A stretch of 64,000 nt of DNA, from the NCBI GenBank assembly GCA_964640085.1, contig CAZXFA010000005.1, forward strand, positions 46,438-110,437, given 5' to 3'. The notes under the pieces are model-generated. The model made no database searches, was not told the DNA's origin, and saw only the letters and a program-made list of their open reading frames with translations. This document shows, piece by piece, positions 8,135 to 17,829 of this stretch. Position numbers and translations under genes: made by a program. How positions within the stretch are numbered: position 1 is the stretch's first letter; each line of letters opens with the position of its first letter. Source of the DNA: an uncultured Actinomycetes bacterium. GTDB lineage: Bacteria > Actinomycetota > UBA4738 > HRBIN12.

Positions 8135-9634
8135 CTACCGACCCTGCTGAACGAAGTGCGTCTCGTCCGGCTCGGTGCCCTCGGGCCAGCCGGGATAGGT
8201 GTCGCCCGGGTACTCCCAGGGCGAGCCGTAGCACGCATGGGTCTCCGGGGTGGGGCGCGCATCCGTGCGGGGGTTCCGGTCGAAGTCGAAGACGTGCTCG
8301 AAGTTGTGGCTCGTGGCGATCCGACCCGTCAGATAGGGCAGGCCCCAGTTGTCCTCGATGAACCGCAGCGGGGCGCAGAGGTCGGCCCGCGCCTCGTCCA
8401 CGTAGCCCCTCCCCGCGAAGGGCGAGACCACCAGGCACGGCACGCGGTACCCATAGCCGATGTGGTCGACGACCGGGGGCGCCACGTGGTCGTACAGGCC
8501 ACCCCACATGTCCCAGGCCACGAAGATCGCGGTGTGCTCCCACGCCTCGCTCTCCATCACCGCGTCAAGGATGCCCGCCAGCCACTGTTGGGCGAAGCAG
8601 GTGCTCTCCGGAGGGTGGCCCGAGAGCTCGAACCGGGGGGTGACCCAGGTGACGGCCGGGAGCCGCTCGGCGCGGATGTCCTCCACGATCCGGTCGACGG
8701 GCCGGATGTGCTCGGGGCGCCACAGGTCGGTGTGGAAGACACCGGAGATGGCGTTCAGGGCGTTCCAGAAGTAGCCGCTCTGGTAGGGGCTCGCCGAGTA
8801 GTAGGCCCAGCTCACACCGATGCTCTCGAGCTGCTGCGGGACGCTGAGGTAGTCGAAGCACGTGTCGTGCTTGGTCACGTTGCCCCGCTCGTCCATCACG
8901 AGGACGAACACGTTCTCACCGACCGCGTCGCAGCCCCAGCTCTTGAACGTGCCGTGCTCGTCCTTCCGAGTCTGGATGTTCTCCGGGTTGTCGAACACCC
9001 CACCGGACTGGCCGGCGACGAAGAAGAAATGGTTCGGGTACGAGGGCCCACCGACCGAGCAGAAGAAGTCGTCGCACAGGACGTAGTCCCGCGCCAGCTG
9101 CCAGTAGACGGGGGCCTTCTCCTGGTCGTGCATCGTGTACGCCCACGGATCGCCGAACTGCCCGATCGCGAACCCGTCGTACGTGCCCCCGTTCACGCTG
9201 TTCAGGAAGGCGGCCCGGTCGTGGGGCAGGTCGCCCGGGAGCCAGTGCGGCGAGGGCGCGAGCGGCACCTCGAGGCCGAACTTCACCCCGGTCGTGGAGC
9301 CCCGCGCACCGGGGAACGATCCGAAGAGGTTGTCGAAGCTCCGGTTCTCCGGCATCACGTAGAGGACGCGCTTGATCGGCCAGCGGGTGTCGGTGGCCAT
9401 CACCGATGCGCTCGCGCTGGGGGCGACCACGGAGCGCTTGCGTCCGCCACCCGTGCACGCGTACAGGGTGGCGCCGGCGATGGCGAACGCGGAGGTCCGG
9501 AGGAAGCGTCGTCGAGAGAAGAACGGGGAGTCGTCGTGGTCGGAGCGCTCGTACCCGGCTCCGGCCCCGTCGCGGGCAGCGGGAGCGTGCGGGGCCTGCA
9601 CGTTCCCGACTCTACCAAGGCGGTCCGAGGGCAC
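8135..9634 (-). CDS. Phosphoesterase-family protein (phospholipase C / acid phosphatase type), Tat-signal lipoprotein
   Basis: SRRRFLRTSAFAIAGATLYAC is a twin-arginine motif plus lipobox. VMPENRSFDNLFG and downstream conserved blocks are typical of the phosphoesterase family. Confidence 0.9.
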   Translation of the reverse strand: MPSDRLGRVGNVQAPHAPAARDGAGAGYERSDHDDSPFFSRRRFLRTSAFAIAGATLYACTGGGRKRSVVAPSASASVMATDTRWPIKRVLYVMPENRSFDNLFGSFPGARGSTTGVKFGLEVPLAPSPHWLPGDLPHDRAAFLNSVNGGTYDGFAIGQFGDPWAYTMHDQEKAPVYWQLARDYVLCDDFFCSVGGPSYPNHFFFVAGQSGGVFDNPENIQTRKDEHGTFKSWGCDAVGENVFVLVMDERGNVTKHDTCFDYLSVPQQLESIGVSWAYYSASPYQSGYFWNALNAISGVFHTDLWRPEHIRPVDRIVEDIRAERLPAVTWVTPRFELSGHPPESTCFAQQWLAGILDAVMESEAWEHTAIFVAWDMWGGLYDHVAPPVVDHIGYGYRVPCLVVSPFAGRGYVDEARADLCAPLRFIEDNWGLPYLTGRIATSHNFEHVFDFDRNPRTDARPTPETHACYGSPWEYPGDTYPGWPEGTEPDETHFVQQGR

Positions 9635-9651
9635 CGGCGGGGCGCGGGTGA

Positions 9652-9942
9652 TCAGCTCGCGCGCTCGGTGCGGCGATCTGCGCGGCCGCGGCCGCCCGTG
9701 GTCTTCCCCCCGGAGCCGGGGCCGACGCCCGCGGGCGGCCGGATGGCGGGTACGAGGGCCCGAAGGAGCGCGTCCAAGCGCAGATCGATCGGCGGTCCGT
9801 CCGGCTGCACGGTGATCCGGGCGAGGTAGCCGCCCGACGTAGCGTCGGGTTCCGGCCCCAGGAGCAGCACCTCGACCGGGAACGCCTGTTCACCACTGCG
9901 AGCGGGCAGGCGCGTGACGTTCACGATCGGGCGGGCCATCAT
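9652..9942 (-). CDS. Hypothetical 96-aa protein downstream of ureC
   Basis: MMARPIVNVTRLPARSGEQAFPVEVLLLGPEPD... is the only protein-like part of the 672-aa track ORF 9652..11670. GAGGA Shine-Dalgarno 7 nt upstream. No family recognised. Confidence 0.5.
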   Translation of the reverse strand: MMARPIVNVTRLPARSGEQAFPVEVLLLGPEPDATSGGYLARITVQPDGPPIDLRLDALLRALVPAIRPPAGVGPGSGGKTTGGRGRADRRTERAS

Positions 9943-10088
9943 GGGTATCCTCGGACGCCGCGGGGCGGCCCTCGATAGGACGAAGGTCTCGTTCGGCCCC
10001 TTCCTCCGTTCGGTTCGAGGCGGACCCGCGGGGGGCCCGTGTTGAGGGGTCACCCCGGGAAAGCCGTGCGGTCCGGTCCTGCTCCCGG

Positions 10089-11753
10089 CTATCCGAGCAG
10101 GTAGCGCCGGCTGAGCGGCACGTCCGACACCGCATCCACGGCCAGTACCCGCCCGTCCAACGTCACCGTCCCGTCCGCGCGGTCGACCTCCACGGGGAGC
10201 ACCGACGTGTTGCGCAGCAGCGACGCGCGGTCGACCCGGCGGGCCCCCTGGACGGCGACGAAGCGCCGGGAGCTGCCCAGGCGGCGCCCGATCCCCGCCT
10301 CGAGCGCCGCACGGGAGACGAAGGTGATCGATAACGGGGCCGCCGCCCGACCCAGCGCGCCCCAGTGGGGGGCGTACCGGACCGGCTCGGCCGACTCGAC
10401 CGTCGCGTTCCCCGCCCCGAGCGCCCCCCAGGCGAAGTGCCCGGCCTTCAGGACCAGCTCCGGGTGCACGCCGAACCGGTTCGGCCTCCACAGCACGACG
10501 TCCGCCAGGCGACCCGGGACGAGCGAACCGACCTCGGCGGCGATCCCGTGGACCCGGGCCGGCTCCTCCGTGTACTTGGCCAGATATCGGAGGACGCGCG
10601 CGTTGTCCGCCTCCGGACGCTCCCCCGCCCACGCCTTCATCACGTGGGCGAGCTGCCAGGTGCGCCGGATCGTCTCGCCGATGCGGCCCATGCCCTGGGA
10701 GTCGCTGTTCACGATCGAGATCGCGCCCAGGTCGTGCAGCGGACCCTCGGCCGCCATCGTCGCCGGGTGGATCCGCTCCCGCGCAGCCTCGACGTCCTCG
10801 GGCACGGATGCCGAACCGCCGTGGACCGCCAGGATCATCTCCAGGTGCTCGGCCGCCGTGGCGCGCCCGAGCGGGATCGTCGGCGTGGTCGAGGAGCAGA
10901 CGACGTTCGGCTCCCGCACCAGGCCGATCAGGTCGGGCACGTGCCCGCCGCCGGCACCCTCGACGTGGTAGGCGTGGACGACCCGTCCGGCGATCGCCTC
11001 GACGGTATCCTCGAGCTCGCACGATTCGTTCAGGCCGTCCGTGTGCAGGCACACCGCGACGTCGTGGGCCTCGGCCAGCCGAAGCGTCGCGTCCACGATC
11101 TCCGGATACGCTCCCCAGTCCTCGTGGATCTTCAGCCCGCAGGCGCCGGCCCCGATCACGCGCTCGACCTGGCCGAGGACGTCGGTTCGGGCGCTCGCCT
11201 GCAGGCCGAGGTTCACGGGCAGGTCCTCGAAGGCCCGGTAGGTCTCGTCCATCGTGTACGGCGGTTCCTCGAACCCCGCGGTGATCAGCGTCGTGATGCC
11301 GGCGGAGAGGGCCACCGGCACCAGCCGCGGCGTGATGAGGTGCACATGGCTGTCCACGCCCCCCGCCGTCGCAATCAGCCCGTAGCCGTTGACCGGCCAC
11401 GTGTTCGGTCCGATCACGAGCTCCACGCCGTCTGCGATGTCGGGGCTGCCGGCACGGCCGACGCCGGCGATCCGTCCGTCCTTGATCCCGATGTTGGTCT
11501 TCCGCACGCCGAGGACGGGATCGATCACGACCACCCCGGCGATCAGCATGTCGAGCTCGCTCTCGACCGTGGCCCGGTCGAACTGCGCCATCCGGGAGCG
11601 GAAGTTCTTGGCGTATCCCCAGATCGGCTCGTCCCCGTAACCGACCTCGTCCTCCTCGATACGGACCCACAGGTCGGTGTCGCCCAGCCGGATCCGATCC
11701 CCGGTCGTCGGACCGAAGCGCTCGACGTACTCGTCGTGAGAGAGCTCAGCCAT
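10089..11753 (-). CDS. ureC: Urease alpha subunit, divergent
   Basis: [43 protein letters not shown] and [12 protein letters not shown] retain all metal-ligand positions. The start ATG overlaps the ureB end by 8 nt. Confidence 0.9.
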   Translation of the reverse strand: MAELSHDEYVERFGPTTGDRIRLGDTDLWVRIEEDEVGYGDEPIWGYAKNFRSRMAQFDRATVESELDMLIAGVVVIDPVLGVRKTNIGIKDGRIAGVGRAGSPDIADGVELVIGPNTWPVNGYGLIATAGGVDSHVHLITPRLVPVALSAGITTLITAGFEEPPYTMDETYRAFEDLPVNLGLQASARTDVLGQVERVIGAGACGLKIHEDWGAYPEIVDATLRLAEAHDVAVCLHTDGLNESCELEDTVEAIAGRVVHAYHVEGAGGGHVPDLIGLVREPNVVCSSTTPTIPLGRATAAEHLEMILAVHGGSASVPEDVEAARERIHPATMAAEGPLHDLGAISIVNSDSQGMGRIGETIRRTWQLAHVMKAWAGERPEADNARVLRYLAKYTEEPARVHGIAAEVGSLVPGRLADVVLWRPNRFGVHPELVLKAGHFAWGALGAGNATVESAEPVRYAPHWGALGRAAAPLSITFVSRAALEAGIGRRLGSSRRFVAVQGARRVDRASLLRNTSVLPVEVDRADGTVTLDGRVLAVDAVSDVPLSRRYLLG

Positions 11754-12000
11754 CGAGCCCCCCGTGGCCGCCCAGCCGCACGAGCACCACCTCCCGCTCC
11801 TCCCCCGGTATGAACCGGACCGACGCCCCGGCCGGCAGATCCAACCGGAACCCACGCGCGGCCTCGCGGTCGAACTCCAAACGCGGGTTCGTCCGCCAGA
11901 ACGGGTAGTGGGAGGAGACCCGGACGACGCGGTCCGAACCGTTCTGCACCCGCAGCCGGATCCGCTCGCGTCCCGCGACGAGCTCGATGCGCACGCTCAC
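11746..12000 (-). CDS. ureB: Urease beta subunit, N-terminally short (84 aa)
   Basis: [59 protein letters not shown] matches the UreB core. The GTG start overlaps the ureA stop (GTGA). Confidence 0.8.
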   Translation of the reverse strand: MSVRIELVAGRERIRLRVQNGSDRVVRVSSHYPFWRTNPRLEFDREAARGFRLDLPAGASVRFIPGEEREVVLVRLGGHGGLDG

Positions 12001-12299
12001 CCCCACGGCCTCCGGAGCACGACGAGGCGGCTCCCTTCGTCGAGCAGCACCTCGAGCCGGATCTCGTCCACCAGCTCGGCCACGCCCGGCATCAGCTGGT
12101 CCGGGCGAAGGGCGCGGCGACCGGCCTCGATCACCTCCTCGAAGGAGGCCCCGCCCCGAGCGGCCAGGTGCATCTCGTCGCACGCGAGCGCCGTGGCCTC
12201 GGGGGCGTTCAGCTTCAGACCGCGGTCCAGCACCCGCCGCGCGAGCTCGGCGGCCGCGAAGACCCGGAGGCGATCCTCCTCGGTCGGCCCAAGGTACAT
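11997..12299 (-). CDS. ureA: Urease gamma subunit
   Basis: [39 protein letters not shown]... matches the UreA pattern, 100 aa. The ATG lies 1 nt after the stop of the upstream deiminase gene. Confidence 0.85.
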   Translation of the reverse strand: MYLGPTEEDRLRVFAAAELARRVLDRGLKLNAPEATALACDEMHLAARGGASFEEVIEAGRRALRPDQLMPGVAELVDEIRLEVLLDEGSRLVVLRRPWG

Positions 12300-12300
12300 C

Positions 12301-13332
12301 TCAGGCGGGCACCGGGGTCCCGGCGGGGACCTGCTGGGTGATGCAGTGCGGGCCACCGCCCCCGTAGGAGATGCAGTCGCCGGGGACCGGGACGATCTCG
12401 CGGTCGGGGAAGACCTTGGCGAGCCGCTCGAGCGCCTGCTCGTCCTCGGGACGCCCGGCGATCGGCGCGATCACCCCGCCGTTGGGCAGGTAGATGTTCA
12501 GGTACGCGATCCGTCCCGGGGGCGTCGTCTCGAAGGGGATCACCTCGAACGCGCGACCGCGCGCGTCGCGTGCCCGCGCCAGGCGCACGAGGTTGTCGTG
12601 CCCGCTCCCGTGGTCCGGGTCGGAGGGGTCCTCGGGAGCCAGGAGCACCACCGTCGCCGGCGCCACGTACTGGGCGATGCCATCGACGTGGCCATCGGTG
12701 TCCCGGTCGGTCGAGTGCCCGAGGCCCAGCCACACGACGGTCTCGAGGCCGAGGTACTCGCGGAGCCCCCGCTCGATCTGCTCCCGGGACATCGAGGGGT
12801 TCCGGTTCGGGTGCAGCAGGCACTGCTCCGTGGCGATCAGGGTGCCCTCGCCGTCCACGAAGAACGAACCGCCCTCGAGCACGAACGGGGCCTCGTAGCG
12901 GCGCACCCCGAGATGGGCGGCGACGTGTCGGGGGACCTCGGCATCCCTGTCGAAGGGAAGGAACTTCCCTCCCCACGAGTTGAACCGGAAGTGGACCAGC
13001 GCCACCTGGCCCGAGCCGTCGCGCACGAAGATCGGGCCGTTGTCCCGCATCCACGAGTCGTCGATCGGGAGCGGAAGGATCTCGATGCCCTCGCCGCAGT
13101 ACCGCCGGGCCTCCGCCTCCTGCTCGGGGTCGCAGACCATGGTCACGGGCTCGAAGGCGGCGATCGCGTTCGCCACGGCGGCGTAGTCGCGCTTCGCCTC
13201 GTCGAACCGGTCGGCCCAGAGGTCGCGGCGGGTCACGGTCGGCCACTCCATCAGACACGATGCATGCGGCTCCCACTCGGCCGGCATCCGGAACCCGTCC
13301 TCGCTGGGGGTGGGATAGCCTCGTTCCTCCAT
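12301..13332 (-). CDS. Agmatine deiminase / Porphyromonas-type peptidyl-arginine deiminase family enzyme
   Basis: MPAEWEPH, DDSWMRDNGPIF, GHVDG and C-terminal GGGGPHCITQQ (catalytic Cys motif) are typical of the guanidino-group deiminase family. Confidence 0.9.
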   Translation of the reverse strand: MEERGYPTPSEDGFRMPAEWEPHASCLMEWPTVTRRDLWADRFDEAKRDYAAVANAIAAFEPVTMVCDPEQEAEARRYCGEGIEILPLPIDDSWMRDNGPIFVRDGSGQVALVHFRFNSWGGKFLPFDRDAEVPRHVAAHLGVRRYEAPFVLEGGSFFVDGEGTLIATEQCLLHPNRNPSMSREQIERGLREYLGLETVVWLGLGHSTDRDTDGHVDGIAQYVAPATVVLLAPEDPSDPDHGSGHDNLVRLARARDARGRAFEVIPFETTPPGRIAYLNIYLPNGGVIAPIAGRPEDEQALERLAKVFPDREIVPVPGDCISYGGGGPHCITQQVPAGTPVPA

Positions 13333-13370
13333 GTCTCAGCTCCTTCCGGCTGCCGGACAACCATACGGCG

Positions 13371-14294
13371 TCATCTCACGGGCTCCGCGTCCATGAGGCG
13401 CGACGACCGCATCAGAGGATCCAGCCAGTCTCGTAATCCATCCCCCACGAGGTTGAACCCCAGCGCGGTGGACGCGAGGGTCAGCCCGGGGAACGCGGCG
13501 TACCACCACGCGTCCGGCTGATAGGGGAGCGATGCGAGGATCGTCGAGCCCCACTCAGGGGCGGGCGGCTGAGCCCCAAGCCCCAGGAACGATAGGCCGG
13601 CCGTGGAGAGCATGACGTAGCCAACGTCCATCGTCGCTTGGACGAAGAGGATGGGGGCAACGTTCGGGAGGAGGGTCCGGAACATGAGTCGAGTCCGGCT
13701 CGCCCCCATCGTCCGGGCGGCGAGGATGAACTCGCGCTCTCGTAGGCTCAGGACCTGTCCTCGGGCGATGCGCGCGTACCAGGGCCAGTACACCGTGGCG
13801 AGTGCCACCATCGTGGTCTGGAGGCTCGCGCCCAGCGTGAAGGTGATCGCCGCGGCGAGGATCAGGGCGGGGAACGCCAGGAACAGGTCCGTGAGGCGCA
13901 TCAGGATCTCGTCCACGATGCCGCCCGCGATCCCGGCCGCGAGCCCTACCACGATCCCCACAACGAGGGCGACCGCGAGGACGATCAAAGCAACCTCGAC
14001 GGCGATGTGGGTGCCAGCAAGGACGCGGGAGAAGAGGTCGCGTCCGAGGTGGTCTGTTCCCATGAGATGAGATGCCGAGGGCGCCTCGAGCCGGTCGGCC
14101 AGGTTCGGTGCGAGCGGATCGTACGGCGTGAACCGGATGTCCAGGAGGTCGGCGCCCAGGCCGACGACCGAGAGCACGAGCGTGATGGCGACGATGGTTC
14201 CGCCGAGGAGGTTCAGCGGGGAAGCTCGCAGGAAGCGTCCCACGAGCCGAATCCTGCGCCAGCGCGACATCCCAGCGACGTCCGGAGCTGCCAT
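13371..14294 (-). CDS. ABC transporter permease, DppC/OppC type
   Basis: HLMGTDHLGRDLFSR plus the permease EAA-loop region. The ATG overlaps the upstream permease stop (ATGA). The upstream part of track ORF 13371..14993 is not protein-like. Confidence 0.9.
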   Translation of the reverse strand: MAAPDVAGMSRWRRIRLVGRFLRASPLNLLGGTIVAITLVLSVVGLGADLLDIRFTPYDPLAPNLADRLEAPSASHLMGTDHLGRDLFSRVLAGTHIAVEVALIVLAVALVVGIVVGLAAGIAGGIVDEILMRLTDLFLAFPALILAAAITFTLGASLQTTMVALATVYWPWYARIARGQVLSLREREFILAARTMGASRTRLMFRTLLPNVAPILFVQATMDVGYVMLSTAGLSFLGLGAQPPAPEWGSTILASLPYQPDAWWYAAFPGLTLASTALGFNLVGDGLRDWLDPLMRSSRLMDAEPVR

Positions 14295-15301
14295 CACGCA
14301 AGCCTCACGCGCGGATCGAGATACGCGTACGCGAGATCTACGATCAGGTTGACCAGCACGTATCCGACCGTGACGACGATCGTCACCCCCATGATCGCGT
14401 TGTAGTCGGAGGATGAGATGGCCTCCGCCATGTACCGGCCCAAGCCAGGCCAGGCGAAGATCGACTCCACGAGCACCGTGCCTGAGAGGAGCAGTCCGAA
14501 CTCCAACCCGATGATCGTGGCGACAGGGAGCAGCGCGTTGCGAAGTGCATGCCGGCGGTAGATGCGCCAGGGGCTGAGGCCCTTCGCGCGGGCGCTCCTG
14601 ATGTAGTCCTGCCCGAGCACGTCGAGCATCGAGGTCCGCACGACCCGCGCCACCAAGCCCATCTCGGCGAGCGCCAGGGCGGTCACCGGCAGGATCAGGT
14701 GGGACACCGCCTGGACGAACAGATCGATTCTGCCGGCGAGCAAGGAATCGATCGTGTACAGGCCGGTCACGGTGGGAGGCGGAAGCACGCCTGTATCCAG
14801 CCGCCCGCCGAATGGGAGGATCCCGAGAGATGAGAAGAACGCGAACTGCAGAAGGAGCGCGACCCAGAAGTTCGGAAGCGATAGCCCACCGATGGCGACG
14901 AGCCTCCCGCCGACGTCGCTCGCGCGGCCCCGTCGGATCGCCGCCACCACTCCGATCACAAGTCCCAGCACCGACCCGACGATGAGCGAGCACAAGATGA
15001 GCTCCAGCGTCGCCGGGACGAAGGTGGCGAGGTCGCGCGTCACCGTTCGCCGGGTCACGAGCGACGTGCCGAGGTCACCCCGGGCCAACGCGCTCATGTA
15101 GCTCGAGTACTGCTCCCAGAGGGGACGGTCCAAGCCTCGCTCCGCGCGGATCTCCTCGACCGCTTCGCTGCTCGCCCGAGGACCAGCGAGTAGACGCGCG
15201 GGATCGGACGGCACCACCCGGGCCAGGAAGAAGGTCAGGACCGTGACGCCGAGGAGCACGAGGATCACGAAGGCGAGGCGTCGGATCAGGTACGCGGCCA
15301 T
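14294..15301 (-). CDS. ABC transporter permease, DppB/OppB type
   Basis: MAAYLIRRLAFVILVLLGVTVLTFFL N-terminus and SARAKGLSPWRIYRRHALRNA EAA motif. Confidence 0.9.
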   Translation of the reverse strand: MAAYLIRRLAFVILVLLGVTVLTFFLARVVPSDPARLLAGPRASSEAVEEIRAERGLDRPLWEQYSSYMSALARGDLGTSLVTRRTVTRDLATFVPATLELILCSLIVGSVLGLVIGVVAAIRRGRASDVGGRLVAIGGLSLPNFWVALLLQFAFFSSLGILPFGGRLDTGVLPPPTVTGLYTIDSLLAGRIDLFVQAVSHLILPVTALALAEMGLVARVVRTSMLDVLGQDYIRSARAKGLSPWRIYRRHALRNALLPVATIIGLEFGLLLSGTVLVESIFAWPGLGRYMAEAISSSDYNAIMGVTIVVTVGYVLVNLIVDLAYAYLDPRVRLA

Positions 15302-15328
15302 CGTGAGCCGAGCTTCGTGGCCGTGGAC

Positions 15329-16999
15329 CTAGCCCTCGGTCCTGTGCAGTTGGTACATGTCCAGCGTGAGAACGTAGACGGGGTTCAGGACCAACCCTCC
15401 GATATCGCTGCGCACATAGAGGTGCGTCGGTTCCTGTGCGACCGGGATCCAGGGAGGATCTTCGAGCGCGAGGATCTCCTGCAGACGGGACGACATCCGC
15501 ACGAGGTCCGCATCGATCGGCGCGTTCCACATGGCGTCGATCAACCCGTCCGCCTCCTCGTTCGAGTAGAGGCCCGCGTTGCCGCCCGCCGACCCCGCTG
15601 CGTCGGTGTGATAGAGCACCCAGGCCCAATCGAACGGGTGGTTGAAGTTGGGCCACCACGAGAAGAAGTACATGTTCGGCCGCTGCTCCGGAGGCGCGTC
15701 GCTGAAGAAGTCGGCGACGAACGCGCTGAAGGAACGTTCGACCAGGCGCAAGCTGATCCCGATCTCGGCGAGAGAGGCCTGAAGGAGCTCCCCGACGTCG
15801 TCCCCGAACCCCGTGAAGTACTCGTAGGTCAGCTCGGTCCCTTCGGACACGCCAGCAGCATCGAGCAGTTGCCTGGCCTTCTGGAGATCGTAGGCCGGTG
15901 CCTGGATGGAAGTGTCGGCGGTGGTCAGGAGATCCGGGAACACCCCATGAGGCTCGTCGAGGGTACCCTGCATCACGCCCTCGAGGTAGCCCTGCCGGTC
16001 GAAGGCATGGTTCAGAGCCAGCCTCGCCCGGGGGTCCGCCAGGGGTCCGTAGTCCCCGAGCGCGACGAACTCCATCACGAGCGTCGGGGCGTTCGTGACC
16101 ACGAAACGGGGGTCCTGACCGAGCTCGATCGTGTCGTCGGCGGTCCCGGGCCACACGATGTCGGCCTCGCCCTGCTCGAGGAGCTGTCGGCGTGTGCTGG
16201 ACTCGGGGATGGTCCGCGTGATGACACGGTCGAAGTGGTCGCCGGACCACCCTCCCCAGTAGGCGGGGAACCGCTCGAAGACGATCTCCTGCCCCGGATC
16301 GTTGCGCGTGACCATGTAGGGCCCGGTCCCGACCGGGTTCGCCTGCAGCCACTCGTGCCCCTGGTCGTTCGGACCCTCCGAGTGCTCCCTGGCCGCCGCA
16401 GGGCTCGGGATCCAGAACCCGTACTGGCCCGCCGCCTCGATGTCGAAGAACGGCCGCGGGTAGGGGAAGGAGAACCGCAAGGTCAGCGGGTCCTCCACCG
16501 TCATCTGCTGATCGGGGTCGTCGAACGCCCAGACGTAGCCGAGGCCACCCTTCTGAGTCGCGGTGCGGATGATCGCGTCCTTGACAGCGTTCGCATCGCA
16601 ATCCGTGCCGTCCTGGAACATCACACCCTGGCGGAGCCGAGCGGTCCACGCGGTCGTGTCGTCGTTCGGCTCGAGGCTCTCGGCGAGCCACGGGACCGTC
16701 TCGCTGGTGGACTCACCATCCAGCTTCACGAGCGTGTCGTAGACGGGCAGGAGCCCGAATGCCCACTCGACGTTCGTGGCCGGATCCAGGTTCTCCACGG
16801 CCGCGTCGACCGCGACGACGAGCGTGTCGGGGTCTCCGCTTGCTGCGGGTGGCGGCGCGCTCGTCTCCGTCGCCGGTCCCTCGGGTTCTCGGGTACATGC
16901 TGCGAGCGCCACCCCACCGAGACCCAGAGCGGCCCCGGCGAGGAAGCGGCGTCGAGTCAGCCGGCTCTGGAGCATCCAGGCGGCGTTACCGTGCCGCAT
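15329..16999 (-). CDS. ABC transporter substrate-binding lipoprotein, family 5 (peptide/nickel/opine type)
   Basis: RLTRRRFLAGAALGLGGVALAAC is a Tat-like signal plus lipobox. The body resembles a family-5 SBP. Start chosen at ATG 16999 (GGTGAGGTGGG upstream); alternatives are 17044 and 16975. Confidence 0.85.
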   Translation of the reverse strand: MRHGNAAWMLQSRLTRRRFLAGAALGLGGVALAACTREPEGPATETSAPPPAASGDPDTLVVAVDAAVENLDPATNVEWAFGLLPVYDTLVKLDGESTSETVPWLAESLEPNDDTTAWTARLRQGVMFQDGTDCDANAVKDAIIRTATQKGGLGYVWAFDDPDQQMTVEDPLTLRFSFPYPRPFFDIEAAGQYGFWIPSPAAAREHSEGPNDQGHEWLQANPVGTGPYMVTRNDPGQEIVFERFPAYWGGWSGDHFDRVITRTIPESSTRRQLLEQGEADIVWPGTADDTIELGQDPRFVVTNAPTLVMEFVALGDYGPLADPRARLALNHAFDRQGYLEGVMQGTLDEPHGVFPDLLTTADTSIQAPAYDLQKARQLLDAAGVSEGTELTYEYFTGFGDDVGELLQASLAEIGISLRLVERSFSAFVADFFSDAPPEQRPNMYFFSWWPNFNHPFDWAWVLYHTDAAGSAGGNAGLYSNEEADGLIDAMWNAPIDADLVRMSSRLQEILALEDPPWIPVAQEPTHLYVRSDIGGLVLNPVYVLTLDMYQLHRTEG

Positions 17000-17074
17000 A
17001 GCCCACCTCACCCCTCTGCAAGGATCGAGCACGGACATCCGCATATCGCATATCGCGCGGGACCCGAACGGCGT

Positions 17075-17097
17075 TTAGAATCCGGTTCGAACTCTAA
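17075..17097. promoter_or_regulatory. AT-rich imperfect palindrome between the tetR stop and the SBP start (candidate operator/promoter element)
   Basis: TTAGAATCCGGTTCGAACTCTAA has TTAGA/TCTAA outer arms and contains the GTTCGAAC palindrome. It is conspicuously AT-rich for this genome. Confidence 0.3.
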
Positions 17098-17116
17098 GGA
17101 GGAGGTCGATCGCCTG

Positions 17117-17755
17117 TCAAGGAACCGCGGCGGCGCGCTTCCGGCGAGCCTTCGGGACACGCACACCGAGCTCCCTGACCGCCGTCTCAAGGCAGGCATC
17201 GAGCAAACGGCGTGTGTCCATGCCGTCGATGCCGGCGACGACCTTGATCGCGAGCCCGTCCATCATCGCCCCGTACCGGTTGGCGAAGTCATGCGGGTCG
17301 ATCTCGGGGGAGAACTCCCCAGCTTCCTGACCGGATCGGATCAGGTCCACCAACGTCTCCACCCACCGTCGGTCGAGGTCCGCGTGGCCTCGTCCGATGC
17401 GTTCGTCGTGGGGAGACAGGGACCACACCTCGAGCCACAGGATCCACCCCGGATCGCTGGAACCGGTGGGAGCCGCGAGCTCGGTCAGGCAGACGAAGCG
17501 CTGGGAATAGGACGGGAGTCGCTCGAACTCCTCCTCGGCTCGGCGGAGCAGAAGATCCTCGCTCCGTCGGAGGAGCTCCATCAAGAGGTCGTCCTTGGAC
17601 TCGAAGTAGTAGAGGATATGCCCTGGGCTCATGCCGGCCCGCTCGGCGATGTCGCTCATCCTCGTGTTCGCGAGACCCCGCTCCACGATGACGTCCAGGG
17701 CCGCGTCCAGCACGCCCTCGCGGCGCTTCTGCCTTTCGCCTCGACGCTTGGCCAT
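17117..17755 (-). CDS. TetR/AcrR-family transcriptional regulator
   Basis: VLDAALDVIVERGLANTRMSDIAERAGMSPGHILYYFESKDDLL is an HTH signature. Start chosen at MAKRRGE; the track ORF extends to 17833. Confidence 0.9.
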   Translation of the reverse strand: MAKRRGERQKRREGVLDAALDVIVERGLANTRMSDIAERAGMSPGHILYYFESKDDLLMELLRRSEDLLLRRAEEEFERLPSYSQRFVCLTELAAPTGSSDPGWILWLEVWSLSPHDERIGRGHADLDRRWVETLVDLIRSGQEAGEFSPEIDPHDFANRYGAMMDGLAIKVVAGIDGMDTRRLLDACLETAVRELGVRVPKARRKRAAAVP

Positions 17756-17829
17756 CCGTCCCCACGCGGTGTCGTTTCCGAAGACGCAGTCTACGTGCCC
17801 AGTCATCGTCGGGACCAGCGACGGTCCAT

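Noticed and set aside
9652-11670. A 672-aa minus-strand track ORF overlapping ureC out of frame.
   Set aside because: Only its last 96 codons (9652..9942), downstream of the ureC stop and preceded by a GAGGA site, look protein-like. The rest is an off-frame shadow of ureC.
17045-17116. A 72-nt spacer containing GGTTCGAAC, checked as a possible tRNA (T-loop-like TTCGAA).
   Set aside because: No complementary T-stem, acceptor stem or D-arm could be drawn on either strand. I interpret it as a palindromic regulatory element instead.
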